The notes under the pieces: model-generated
The model's input: only the letters and a program-made list of their open reading frames with translations
The model's database searches: none
Told to the model about the DNA's origin: nothing
Translations under genes and position numbers: made by a program
IMG/VR virus record: IMGVR_UViG_3300036778_000062
Coordinates: 1 to 64,000 of that record
Length of the DNA stretch: 64,000 nt
DNA from: a virus
Taxonomy: Duplodnaviria > Caudoviricetes
Direction: 5' to 3' (one strand)
In this document: in pieces, positions 31,290 through 41,670 of the stretch
How positions within the stretch are numbered: position 1 is the stretch's first letter
Layout of the letters: each line of letters begins with the position of its first letter

Positions 31290-31810
31290 TGGGTGTTGAC
31301 CGTACGGATTACCTGATGTGGGGCGTTGACGTTGGAGCCGAGGGTTTTGATTACGATAAGCACGAGGCTGAGATTTGCGGAGAGCCGGGCGCGCGGTTTG
31401 ATATCGTCTATGACGGCATGAGCGGCGAATATTGCATTGCCGGAAAAATCATAGCCGTAAGCGACCCGTACGAAGGGTTTGAGGCAACTAAGATTGATCC
31501 GAGCAAACTTGACGTAGATCGCGATGCGCTGGCCACCGTTGTATCTGAGGCATTTGGTCGGACTTTCGCACCAAGCGAGTTCTCGCTGGTTCTGTTTACT
31601 CATTTTAGCTGAGACATTCTTGATGGCCAAAGGCTGGACCACACGCGACGACGGATACAGCAACGCATCACCCGCGTTCATGCGGATATGCAGCGAAGTG
31701 GAGCGGCTTATTCGCTCCGACGCGCACAGCCTGATCGCTGGCAAGGCTGACAGCACCGGGCGGCTTATTGTTGCGCAATTGGCACACGTTCACGGATTGG
31801 CGCCGACGAA

Positions 31811-32332
31811 ATGACCCCAGCCAACGACAACGAACCTCGCGTTACGCCTCCGGTGTTCACTGCGCTCAAACGCGCCAAGGACTTCACCACGCTGAACAGC
31901 ATTCGTAGGTGGATGCGATACGACGCGGAGCCCACAACAGCGGCTAACGATAATGGGCTCCCAGAAGGCTATCAGATTGACAGCTATATGGAATCAATGA
32001 GTGCGGAGGCGCTGATTGCAGCCTATCACGCTGGCACCTACCACATAGGCATGCACGAGGAACGGTTCCGCAGGCCGCGCGGGCCATCCACAGCACCGCC
32101 AATTGATGAATTCGAGGACGCTGAAGGGGATACGGCCAGGTACGTAGACCGGTATGGTGTGCGCGGCGCGCTCGGCGAAAACGCCACTGTATTGGATATG
32201 GCTTGCGATGGGCGCACTTACCGAGAGATTGGCGAATATGTTTGTGCCGTAGGCTCTGTAGATACCCGAGAGAGGGCTGGTAAGAGAGCGGTTAGCGCGG
32301 CGGCTAAATTATTTTCAGAAATTGCGGCCTGA
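31811..32332 (+). CDS. Putative late-transcription regulator (HTH)
   Basis: GRTYREIG; last gene before the late region. Confidence 0.5.
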   Translation: MTPANDNEPRVTPPVFTALKRAKDFTTLNSIRRWMRYDAEPTTAANDNGLPEGYQIDSYMESMSAEALIAAYHAGTYHIGMHEERFRRPRGPSTAPPIDEFEDAEGDTARYVDRYGVRGALGENATVLDMACDGRTYREIGEYVCAVGSVDTRERAGKRAVSAAAKLFSEIAA

Positions 32333-33202
32333 GTTTGCGGTTCGAGGCTCTCCCATTCCCATAATAGTAGGGGGATATTTTTACCCCCACTACTTACCTT
32401 GCCGCCTTTCGATGTGCGGCCCCCGCGCTGGCCTGGCCACCGGGGTTAATTTCCCCGCCTATCCCGTGAGGGACAGCTCCGCACTAGGTTACGGCCTGTG
32501 CGGCTTTCATTGCCCGGTGCCATGGTCCACGCTCGCAAGCCAGTTGAGGTTATCGCCGAGGAGCTGTGGGACGTGCCGTTCCCGGGCGAGACCGCGGAAG
32601 ACATCATTGATGTCTTGGAGCGGGAGGGTTGGCGCTTGGTGTTTGTGCCAGATACAGAAAGTGTTGGAGTTCTCGACTAATGTGGTTTGTTTCCAAGGAC
32701 GGCGCAAAAGGCAACGCGTTGGCGGCTTCTTGCTGGGGTCCGTTCGATAGCGAGGCTGATGCTGTCAAGGCTGCTGAGCATATTGCCGCTCGCGGCACTG
32801 TTGCCGTGATCGGTCCTGGCGCTGTTACGCAGAAGGTTAGCACGACTGCGCCCACCGTCACTGTGACGCCGGTTGTTGCGCCAGCTGTACAGGCTGCTGC
32901 TGTTGTGGCGCCGTCCCCGGCCCCGGCTGTGACTCCCGCACCGGCTGTTGCCTCTGTGGCTGCGCTGGGTGCCAAGCCTGCAGCCAAGCCACCGCTGTTG
33001 CAGCCGCACATGCAGCATCCCGCAGCCAAGAAGTAAGGTATTGCAATGATTATCGACTTTATCGCACTTGCTGCCATTGCGGTCGCTATAGGCATTTTCG
33101 TGCACGAGCGCCGTCGGGCCAAGGCTGCTGCAGTTGTAGCACCTGCGCCAGTGGCTGTGGATCCTGCACCGCCCGCGGCCTAGCGGACCTGGTTTTCTGC
33201 GT

Positions 33203-33667
33203 GTGGCCAAGTCTATCGGTTTGGATGAAAATATATTGAGTAGCAGGTCAAAAAAGGACGCTCTCCTTGGGATGCCGACTGGCACTGCGTGGGGAAGATT
33301 ACGTAAGGAAGTTCTATTCAGTCTTGCAAAGAAGCTATGTCTGACGCGTTGTCATCGTTGCGATCAGGAAATTGAAACAGTCTCACAGTTATCAATCGAT
33401 CATAAAATAGACTGGCAATCGTCTGATACTCCGCTCGAAACGTTCATGGATATAGACAACATTGCCTTTTCCCACCTCAGTTGTAATGTTTCTGCGGCAT
33501 CAAGGCCCACAAAGAAATATCATTCAACTCGTGAACGCAATCGCGAGAATTTCCGTATCTACTACGAGAGAAATGGAGCTGAGTGGAATGAGCGACGCAA
33601 CGCAAGGCGAAGGAAGCCAACATTAGTCGCCAATGATAATCAATCACAAGCGGCGCTTGTTGGATAA
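33203..33667 (+). CDS. HNH endonuclease-like protein (AT-rich insertion)
   Basis: CHRC, SIDH, N....H..CN. Confidence 0.65.
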   Translation: MAKSIGLDENILSSRSKKDALLGMPTGTAWGRLRKEVLFSLAKKLCLTRCHRCDQEIETVSQLSIDHKIDWQSSDTPLETFMDIDNIAFSHLSCNVSAASRPTKKYHSTRERNRENFRIYYERNGAEWNERRNARRRKPTLVANDNQSQAALVG

Positions 33668-33669
33668 CA

Positions 33670-33969
33670 TTGGACCAGCGGTCAGACCAGGCCAAACAAT
33701 GGCGACGTTGGTATTCCACCACTAGATGGCGATCAATAAGACAAACACAGTTGGCAATACAGCCGCTTTGCCAACGCTGCATAGCAATGGATATGGTTGA
33801 GGTTGCTACAGTTGTTCACCACGCAGATGGTGGACACAGGGGCAACGAAGACAAGTTTTGGTCAGGTCCATTCGAGTCATTGTGTAAGCCGCACCACGAT
33901 AGCGAGGGCCAGCGCGAGGACTTAGGGCAGACAATCATTTCATTCGGTTCTGATGGTTGGCCTAGTTAG
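33670..33969 (+). CDS. Packaging-associated HNH endonuclease
   Basis: PLCQRC, VVHH, SLCKPHHD, DGWP; immediately upstream of the small terminase. Confidence 0.8.
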   Translation: MDQRSDQAKQWRRWYSTTRWRSIRQTQLAIQPLCQRCIAMDMVEVATVVHHADGGHRGNEDKFWSGPFESLCKPHHDSEGQREDLGQTIISFGSDGWPS

Positions 33970-34067
33970 GAACGGGGGTGTGGCAAAAGTCTCACACCTT
34001 AAGCAGAAAAGACCGGCGTCCAACAAAAACGCACAAAACCACAAATCAGAATATGGGTCTAAAAATC

Positions 34068-34442
34068 GTGGCTAGGCCGCGAATTCCGAAAGCCAAAGCC
34101 AAGCTTGAAGCGCGCGACAAAAAGAACCCGCAGCGCTTCACAAACCGCAAAGAGCCCAATGTTTCTGACGCGCTCGGCGATCCGCCTGAGTGGATGGGTG
34201 GCGAGCAGCGATTAGCGTGGCGAACGTTCCAGCGAGAAATTCCGTGGCTCAATCACAGCCATCGCGGCGTGGTTGAGATCGCCACGATTATCAGAGCCAG
34301 GCTAATGGCCGGCGAAGAATGCGGAGTCCAGGCCCTTAATCTTCTCAGGCAATGCCTTGGCTCGATGGGCGCAACGCCGTCAGATGCAAGCAAGGTAACG
34401 TTGCCAGACGATGACGAGGGCAGTGACGACATCCTCGACTGA
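34068..34442 (+). CDS. Terminase small subunit
   Basis: PPEW...MGATPSDASK; position. Confidence 0.8.
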   Translation: MARPRIPKAKAKLEARDKKNPQRFTNRKEPNVSDALGDPPEWMGGEQRLAWRTFQREIPWLNHSHRGVVEIATIIRARLMAGEECGVQALNLLRQCLGSMGATPSDASKVTLPDDDEGSDDILD

Positions 34443-36306
34443 GGCGACGCCCGCTCTTGATAGAGTCTCTGCATACGCGAAGGCCATTTTAGATGGAAGT
34501 ATTGTTGCTGGCCCTCATGTACGAAATGCCTGCCGTCGTCATTTCGACGATTTGGCCAGCTGTGCCGAGCGTGGAATATTTTGGGATGATGCTGCTGCCA
34601 TTCGCGTATTTCGGTTCTTCGAAGAGAAACTGAAACTAAGCGAAGGCCAGTTCGATAACCAGGCGTTTGTCCTGCAGCCGATGCAGGAGTTCATTCTGGG
34701 TTCTGTCTTCGGGTGGAAGCGGGCGGACGGCACAAGGCGGTTCAGGCGCGCGTATATCGAGGCCGGCAAGGGTTGCGGCAAGTCGCCGCTGGTTGGTGGA
34801 ATAGGTCTCTATGGCCTCGCGGCAGATGGTGAGGCCGGCGCCCAGATTTACGCGGCTGCTGCCACCAAGGATCAGGCAGGCATTCTGTTCCGCGACGCCT
34901 GCAAGATGGTGCGTCAGTCGCCCGATCTTGCCAGGCGCCTGAAGTTCAGCGGCGGGTTTGCGCGTGAGTACAACATCGCGCATCACAAGTCGCAGTCGTT
35001 CTTCCGGCCGATGTCGCGGGAGGCCGGCAAGACCGGTTCAGGCTTGCGGCCCCACTTTGCGCTCTGCGACGAGGTGCACGAGCATCCCGGTCCAGAGATT
35101 ATGCGTATGCTGGAGGCGGGCTTTAAGTTCCGCAGGCAGCCGCTTCTGGTGATGATTACCAACTCTGGCAGCGATCGGCTGTCGGTATGTTGGAAAGAGC
35201 ATGAGATGGCCTGCGCAGTTGCCGCTGGCACTCAGACGCCGGATGAGGTTTACGAGTATGTTGGTGAGACGTGGGCGGGCTCGGACGAATATTTTTCGTA
35301 TGTTTGTGCGCTCGACAAGGACGACGACCCGCTAGAGGATCCGTCCTGCTGGATTAAGACCAACCCTCTTTTGGGTGTCACAGTCACCGAGGAATACATC
35401 GCGTCGCAGGTTGCGTTCGCTAAGAATTTCCCGAGTGATGCGCCGGGCGTTTTGCGTTTGTACTTTTGCGTATGGACCGACGCGCATTCGGCCTGGATGC
35501 CGCGCAAGACCGTCGAAAAGGTCATGACGGACTTCGATATCGGCCAACACGATGGCAAGCCGGTATTTCTCGGGGTCGACCTTTCGTCGCACAAGGACAT
35601 GACCTGCGTGGCGTATGTTGCGCCAACTGGCCACAAGGAAATCAAGCGACCTGACGGCAGTAAGTTTCTGGCGCCGACGTTTGATGCATGGGTGGAATCG
35701 TTCACTCCGAAGGACACTCTCAAGCAGCGTGCCGAAGAAGATAAGGCTCCGTACCTTCTGTGGGTGAAGGATGGTTACCTTCAGGCGATTCCTGGCGAGC
35801 GCATACGATATGATTATGTTGCGTATGACGTCCAACAGGCTGATAAGAAATTCGACATCGAGGCTGTCGCCTATGACGATTACGCATTCACCGAATTCAA
35901 GGAAGAGTGCGGCAAGCTTGGGTTAGAACTTACGTACCGAGACCATCCTCAGGGTGGCAACAGGCGCAAGAAGCCAAGCGAAGAATTGGTTGAGAAGGCG
36001 AAAGCCGAAGGATTGCCTGAGCCTGGCGGGTTGTGGATGCCGGGGTCTATCAGAGAACTGGAATCTCTGATCATGGATGGCCGCATCCGTCTCAAGAGCA
36101 ATCCGGTTGTTATGACCGCGCTTATGGCGGCGACATTTAGTGATCCTGATCCGGTCGGCAACAAGTATCTTGTCAAAGACAAGTCACATAGGCGCATTGA
36201 TGCTGCCATCGCTCTCTGTATGGCGGTTGGCGCTGCTGTTGATGGTGCGGGTGACGCGACTGACATGTCGCAATTCACGTCAAACATAATTTCCGTGACC
36301 TGGTAA
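34411..36306 (+). CDS. Terminase large subunit
   Basis: GKGCGKS, DEVHEH, GVDLS, RIDAAIA. Confidence 0.93.
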   Translation: MTRAVTTSSTEATPALDRVSAYAKAILDGSIVAGPHVRNACRRHFDDLASCAERGIFWDDAAAIRVFRFFEEKLKLSEGQFDNQAFVLQPMQEFILGSVFGWKRADGTRRFRRAYIEAGKGCGKSPLVGGIGLYGLAADGEAGAQIYAAAATKDQAGILFRDACKMVRQSPDLARRLKFSGGFAREYNIAHHKSQSFFRPMSREAGKTGSGLRPHFALCDEVHEHPGPEIMRMLEAGFKFRRQPLLVMITNSGSDRLSVCWKEHEMACAVAAGTQTPDEVYEYVGETWAGSDEYFSYVCALDKDDDPLEDPSCWIKTNPLLGVTVTEEYIASQVAFAKNFPSDAPGVLRLYFCVWTDAHSAWMPRKTVEKVMTDFDIGQHDGKPVFLGVDLSSHKDMTCVAYVAPTGHKEIKRPDGSKFLAPTFDAWVESFTPKDTLKQRAEEDKAPYLLWVKDGYLQAIPGERIRYDYVAYDVQQADKKFDIEAVAYDDYAFTEFKEECGKLGLELTYRDHPQGGNRRKKPSEELVEKAKAEGLPEPGGLWMPGSIRELESLIMDGRIRLKSNPVVMTALMAATFSDPDPVGNKYLVKDKSHRRIDAAIALCMAVGAAVDGAGDATDMSQFTSNIISVTW

Positions 36307-36317
36307 CCTAGCCCAAT

Positions 36318-37592
36318 ATGTCCTTCCTCGACAGATGGTTTAACAAAACCATTGACCTTAACGCGGCGAGCCAACCGTTTTGGAGCGGTTTCTTTGGCGC
36401 GAGGTCAACTTCTGGCGAGGAAGTCACATTTGATAGGGCCATGCAGCTCGATGCGGTGTGGGCGTGTGTCAATCTGATCAGCAATGCAATCGGAACGCTT
36501 CCGTGCATTGTTTATGGTGAAGACGGCGTTACGCCTGCAACAGATGACCCGCTTTACGACCTCTTGCACGACTTGCCAAACGTAGACGACACGGCACCAG
36601 AATTTTGGAATATGGTGGTGCTTTGTCTCCTGCTTGACGGCAACTTCTTTGCCGAGATCAAGCGCGTTGGTGGCAGGATTGTTGCTTTAAACCCGATGCA
36701 TCCGCTTGCGGTTCAGGTTAGGCGAGATCCTGAACGCGGATATGCCCGTTATTACGAGTACAATCAGCGTTTTTATATGCAGGCGCCGACAGGCGTGCGC
36801 CGCATTGAAGAAGTGGATATGTTTCACGTCCGCGGCCAGATGATTCCTGAGTGCGACCGCGGTCTTTCTCCGATTTATTTCGCGCATAATTCGATCGGGA
36901 ACGCCATTGCAGGCGAAAAAGCTGCCGGCAAGATGTTCAAGAGCGGCTTGATTGCGACCACTTTCCTGTTTGCTGACCAGGTTCTCAAGCCCGAGCAGCG
37001 AAAACAGATTGAGGATAGCCTCACAAAGTTTGCTGGGGCCGAAAAGGCCGGCGGCGTAACTGTGATGGAGGCGGGCATGAAGGCCCAGCCCATCACGATT
37101 AATCCGATTGACGCGCAAATGCTGGAGTCTCGGCAGTATAGCGTTGAGCAGATTTGTCGAATTTTTGGTGTCCCGCCCGTGATGATTGGCCACGCAGCCA
37201 ACGGCACGACGACTTGGGGTAGCGGGATTGAGCAACTGATCCTGCAATTCTACAAATCTTGCTTATTGCCTCTGGTTGGCCGCATCGAAGCGACGATTTG
37301 TCGAGATCTGTTGACGCCCCAGCAGCGTAAAAATCGCAAAGTGCGGTTTAATTTTACTGCGTATCTCGAAGGCGACAGCACCGCGCGCGCTAATTTCCTC
37401 ACCAAAATGGTTGCCGGTAGCATTTACACCGTCAACGAGGCGCGTGAGTACGAAAATAAGCCAGATGTCGAAGGTGGCGACAAGATTATTGCTAACGGCA
37501 CGATGACGCCGCTGGACAAGTTGGGCGAGCAGCCTGCAGCACCCGCACCACCCGTCACAAACGACAACAAACCACCCGCGAAGGCCGCATAG
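36318..37592 (+). CDS. HK97-family portal protein
   Basis: AVWACVNLI, GLSPI, ICRIFGVPP, NEARE.EN. Confidence 0.93.
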   Translation: MSFLDRWFNKTIDLNAASQPFWSGFFGARSTSGEEVTFDRAMQLDAVWACVNLISNAIGTLPCIVYGEDGVTPATDDPLYDLLHDLPNVDDTAPEFWNMVVLCLLLDGNFFAEIKRVGGRIVALNPMHPLAVQVRRDPERGYARYYEYNQRFYMQAPTGVRRIEEVDMFHVRGQMIPECDRGLSPIYFAHNSIGNAIAGEKAAGKMFKSGLIATTFLFADQVLKPEQRKQIEDSLTKFAGAEKAGGVTVMEAGMKAQPITINPIDAQMLESRQYSVEQICRIFGVPPVMIGHAANGTTTWGSGIEQLILQFYKSCLLPLVGRIEATICRDLLTPQQRKNRKVRFNFTAYLEGDSTARANFLTKMVAGSIYTVNEAREYENKPDVEGGDKIIANGTMTPLDKLGEQPAAPAPPVTNDNKPPAKAA

Positions 37593-37635
37593 TAGGCCGC
37601 AACAAATGCAGCGGACGCGCTGCATAGGAACCTAA

Positions 37636-38751
37636 ATGAATTACAAGCACATCCTTTCGGCATTTATCGCTGAACCGTGGGCCATGCAGCCCGAAAAACT
37701 GGACACATTGTGCCGGTTTGTCGAGTTTAAGGCCAATGGCGGCGTTTATTCCGCAGAGGAATTGGCTGCTCGTGGTTATACGAAAAAGAGTGTTGAATCG
37801 CAGAAGAATGCCGGTTCTGTCGCAATTATCCCGGTTTATGGCGTACTTGCGCAGCGCATGAACCTGATGTCAGAATTATCGGGCGGCACTTCATACCAAA
37901 TGTTGAGCGCGCAGTTGAACGCCGCGCTCACGGATGACGAAGTCAGCAGCGTGGTCCTGGATATTGATAGCCCCGGCGGTGGCGTCCCCGGCGCTCAGGA
38001 GTTGGCTTCTGAAATTTTGGCACTGCGTGGTGGCGATAAGAAGATTATCGCGCAGGTGAACTCGCTAGCGGCTTCTGCGGCCTATTGGATTGCGGCTTCG
38101 GCTGACGAAATCAATGTGACTCCTTCCGGTCGTGCCGGATCGATCGGTGTTTACACGGTTCACGAAGATATTTCGGAGATGCTGGCCAAGGAAGGCGTAA
38201 AGCTGACCTACATCAGCGCCGGAAAATACAAGGTTGAGGGTAACGAAACGGAACCGCTCAGTGCGGACACCAAGAAATTCATTCAAGCCAACGTTGATGC
38301 TTCTTATGCTGCGTTCGTAGATGGTGTCGCTGCTGGCCGCGGCGTCACCTCAGAATACGTGGAAGACAATTTTGGCCAGGGCCGTGTTTTTGGTGCGAAG
38401 CAATTAGTCAAGCGCGGCATGGCGAATCGTGTTGCCACGCTGAATGAGACCCTTGCTGCGTTAGGCGCAGACGTCTCGGCTCCGACTGCCCACATCAGCG
38501 TTGCAAACATGGCGCGCAAAGACGCTGCCGCCACGCTGGCAACCAAAATTCGCGCTGGCGAACCGATTACCAAAAGAGAATTTGAGAACGGCATCAAGGG
38601 ACTTGTTGGCTGTTCGAATGCAGAGGCAGAGCGCGCCGCGCGGCTCTACCTCAAAGACGGTCAGGGGGATCCTGATGACGCCGGTAATGTGGCGGCTTTA
38701 GCCGCGATTGACCGCGTGTTGGCTGAGGCCAAGACGTTTCCCCTGTCATAG
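37636..38751 (+). CDS. S49 (SppA-like) prohead protease
   Basis: DIDSPGG, AASAAYW, GSIGV, SAGKYK. Confidence 0.9.
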   Translation: MNYKHILSAFIAEPWAMQPEKLDTLCRFVEFKANGGVYSAEELAARGYTKKSVESQKNAGSVAIIPVYGVLAQRMNLMSELSGGTSYQMLSAQLNAALTDDEVSSVVLDIDSPGGGVPGAQELASEILALRGGDKKIIAQVNSLAASAAYWIAASADEINVTPSGRAGSIGVYTVHEDISEMLAKEGVKLTYISAGKYKVEGNETEPLSADTKKFIQANVDASYAAFVDGVAAGRGVTSEYVEDNFGQGRVFGAKQLVKRGMANRVATLNETLAALGADVSAPTAHISVANMARKDAAATLATKIRAGEPITKREFENGIKGLVGCSNAEAERAARLYLKDGQGDPDDAGNVAALAAIDRVLAEAKTFPLS

Positions 38752-38763
38752 GATATATTATTT

Positions 38764-39981
38764 ATGTCTACCGAAACTATTCTTGCCGACAAGATTGGCG
38801 AACTCGGCACCTCGCTGGCTTCCATCAAGGAGCAGGTGCAGAATCTTGGAGCTGATTTCACCGCGAAGCTTGCCGCTACTGGCGAAGTCTCGGCCGCAAT
38901 GACCGAAAAGACCGACAAGGCGCTTGCCTCGCTCGGTGAAGTCGTGACTCGCGTAGGTGAGCTTGAAAAGCGTGCTGCGCGCGCCAAGGACGACGTCCAT
39001 TCTGGTAAGGTGATGGGCCTTGGTGATCATTTGATTGCGTCGGAGCAATTCAAAAATACTGACGTTTCTGGCGGCTGGCGCGGTTCGATTCGAGTAGGCG
39101 TCGAGCGCGCTGACATCACCTCGGCCGACACCACTGTCGGTGCCGGTCGGTCTGCCGGAACGTCGCTGGTTCCTGGTGCCCGCGTTCCAGGCATTGTCAC
39201 GCCTCCGCAGCAGAAATTGAACATTCGCGACCTGATCGCGCCTGGCCAGACCATCTCCAGCAATGTGGAGTTCGTCAAGGAAGTTGGTTTTACCAACAAC
39301 GCGCGCCCGGTTACGGAAACAACCACCAAGCCGAAGTCGGACATCACGTTTAACCTCGTGTCCGCCCCGGTTCGCACGCTGGCCCATATCTTCAAGGCCT
39401 CGCGCCAAATCATGGATGATGCTCCGGGACTTGCGAGCTACATCAACGCTCGCGGCACCTACGGTCTTAAGTTGAAGGAAGAGGGTCAGCTTCTGACCGG
39501 TAACAACACCGGACAGAACCTGCATGGCATCCTGCCGCAGGCGTCCGCATTCTCTCCCGCCTTCACTCCTGACAGCGAGCAGGCAATTGACCGCCTGCGT
39601 CTTGCGCTGTTGCAGGTTATTTTGGCCAACTTCCCATCGTCTGGCTTCGTGCTCAATCCGACTGATTGGGCTGCCATCGACCTGACCAAGGACAACCAGG
39701 GCCGCTATATCGTCGGCAATGCGCTTTCCCCGAACAGCCCGGCCTTGTGGGGACTTCCTGTTGTGGAATCGCTGTCGATGACGGCAGGTACGTTCCTGAC
39801 TGGCGCGTTCAACCTCGGTGCGCAGATCTTCGACCGCATGGGCGTTGAAGTGCTGCTTTCGAGCGAGAACTCGGATGACTTCGAGAAGAACATGCTCACT
39901 GTACGTGTCGAGGAGCGCCTGACACTCGCTGTTTATCGCCCCGAGGCGTTCGTGACCGGCGATGTTTCGGCCTCGTCCTAA
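38764..39981 (+). CDS. HK97-fold major capsid protein
   Basis: LNPTDW, LWGLPVV, DFEKNMLTVRVEERL. Confidence 0.95.
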   Translation: MSTETILADKIGELGTSLASIKEQVQNLGADFTAKLAATGEVSAAMTEKTDKALASLGEVVTRVGELEKRAARAKDDVHSGKVMGLGDHLIASEQFKNTDVSGGWRGSIRVGVERADITSADTTVGAGRSAGTSLVPGARVPGIVTPPQQKLNIRDLIAPGQTISSNVEFVKEVGFTNNARPVTETTTKPKSDITFNLVSAPVRTLAHIFKASRQIMDDAPGLASYINARGTYGLKLKEEGQLLTGNNTGQNLHGILPQASAFSPAFTPDSEQAIDRLRLALLQVILANFPSSGFVLNPTDWAAIDLTKDNQGRYIVGNALSPNSPALWGLPVVESLSMTAGTFLTGAFNLGAQIFDRMGVEVLLSSENSDDFEKNMLTVRVEERLTLAVYRPEAFVTGDVSASS

Positions 39982-40031
39982 ACAATAAATGGTGTGGGGT
40001 TCGGCCCCACACCGTTCCCTTGGAGTTTTTC

Positions 40032-40424
40032 ATGATAGTCCGCGCGCTACGAACGACGTTTGACAACAACTACGGCTCGTTGCATCAAGGCGCCGTCGCC
40101 GAAGTTGACGATTACACGGCGCGCGAGTTGATCGCACAGGGTTATGCGATCAAGGAATTGCCTCTTGCCCAGCAGGAGGCTGCGAATGACAACAGCCCTT
40201 TCGCCCAGACTGGTTCCCAGACTGGCGCGGATCCACTGCGGTCATTGTTGCTGGAGGACCTAGTGCAGGCTGCGCCGGTCTTGCCGCGGTTAAGCACAGA
40301 CCCGGAGTTCGCTTCCTCGCCATCAATAACGGATACAAGCTATGCCCATGGGCAGACGCTCTCTACGCCTGCGACTTCGACTGGTGGAAAGCGGAAGAGG
40401 GGGCGCCCTCGTTTGCAGCGCTAA
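40032..40424 (+). CDS. Small post-capsid protein with -1 slippery site
   Basis: Follows the capsid gene; ARELIAQGYA; C CCT TTC at 40196-40202. Confidence 0.65.
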   Translation: MIVRALRTTFDNNYGSLHQGAVAEVDDYTARELIAQGYAIKELPLAQQEAANDNSPFAQTGSQTGADPLRSLLLEDLVQAAPVLPRLSTDPEFASSPSITDTSYAHGQTLSTPATSTGGKRKRGRPRLQR

Positions 40425-40840
40425 GAATTACGCAGGACGGATATAAGCCAAGGCCAGAGTGGGAATTGCGCGCCGTTACGTTGGTCAGAAACTGCGACAG
40501 GCTACTGTTTAACAGGTTTGGCGAGATTGGCTGGGGCGGCAACGGTGGCTTTCACGCGTTAAATCTGGCCATTCAGTTTGGCGCGCGACGTATTGTATTG
40601 GTTGGATATGATATGCGCGTCGACCACGGGACGCACTGGCACGGTGACCACCCGAAAGGGATGAATAATCCGGCGGCTGTGAACGTGAAGCGCTGGCGTC
40701 AAGTTCTAGACGCTCAGGCTGGGTTATTGAAAGAGATGGGCGTCGAAGTGTTAAACGCCTCCGCTGTTAGCGCGCTTGAAGCTTATCCCAAAATGACACT
40801 GGAAGCGGCGATATACGGTGGAATGAATGTCGCTGCTTGA
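40190..40840 (+). CDS. Glycosyltransferase-like (DUF115/Maf/CST-like) domain lacking its own start
   Basis: AVIVAGGPS, LAINN, WADALYACD..WW, GFHALNLA..GARRIVLVGYD. Confidence 0.65.
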   Translation, partial: QQPFRPDWFPDWRGSTAVIVAGGPSAGCAGLAAVKHRPGVRFLAINNGYKLCPWADALYACDFDWWKAEEGAPSFAALRITQDGYKPRPEWELRAVTLVRNCDRLLFNRFGEIGWGGNGGFHALNLAIQFGARRIVLVGYDMRVDHGTHWHGDHPKGMNNPAAVNVKRWRQVLDAQAGLLKEMGVEVLNASAVSALEAYPKMTLEAAIYGGMNVAA

Positions 40841-41204
40841 TCTTGATCTCATCAAAAGTCATTTAAGGGTGGACGATACCGAATCGGATACGCTGATTGC
40901 AGCGTACCAGGCAGCCGCCGAAAGTATCGTTGCACAGTATCTCGACCGAGATGTGTATGCAGTTGGCGATTCTCCGGTGCCGACCGATCCATATGCGATT
41001 GAATTGCAGCCTCCAATGGTTGCGGCCATACTGCTGTTGATCGGCGATATGTACCTTTCTCGGGAAACTGAAGACACCGATTTCCAGAGAAGGCCCGTTG
41101 TTGGATTTCCGGCCGTCTTGCCTCGTCCAGTTCGCGCGCTGTTGGCTCCATATCGCGTATGGCGCACAGTGAGCGAAGGCTATCACCACCGTGATTGCTT
41201 CTAA
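40827..41204 (+). CDS. Head-tail connector (gp6-like)
   Basis: KSHLRVD, AAILLLIGDMY.RE, ALLAPYR. Confidence 0.85.
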   Translation: MSLLDLDLIKSHLRVDDTESDTLIAAYQAAAESIVAQYLDRDVYAVGDSPVPTDPYAIELQPPMVAAILLLIGDMYLSRETEDTDFQRRPVVGFPAVLPRPVRALLAPYRVWRTVSEGYHHRDCF

Positions 41205-41670
41205 TAATGTGGACCGCTGGACCGCATTCGTCGCGATACATCATCTAAAACTGCGGTTAGAGATACTGCTATACAAACTAAAACGTAATCCGTCGTATCT
41301 GAAGGACATTGAAATGGCTACGCCGAAACTGCAGGGACTTGCAAAGGCGCTGTCGATGCTAGAGCACGACATGGAGCACGGCGCCGGCAAACTCATTGCC
41401 AGGATCGAGGATGTGGGTTCGCGCGGCAAGGCTGCGATGGCGAAGAGCCACAGCAAACTGGATGGCATCGGTAGTCAGGTCGCTGAGGTTGAGAGCTTCG
41501 TGACGGCCCTGGAAGGCGCGAACGGAGGCGACCCTTTGGACGACTCGCCGAATGGTGCGGAGGTTGCGCCAGACGCTACCGTGCAGCCCGCAGTGCCGCC
41601 AGCAGAGCGTACGGTAGTGGCTGGCAAGACGCTGTAGCGTGATCGAAAAGCCAAAAGGAAAGAGAAATAG

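Noticed and set aside
32680-33036. Low-complexity Ala/Pro/Val ORF
   Set aside because: No recognisable domain or structured repeat beyond composition.
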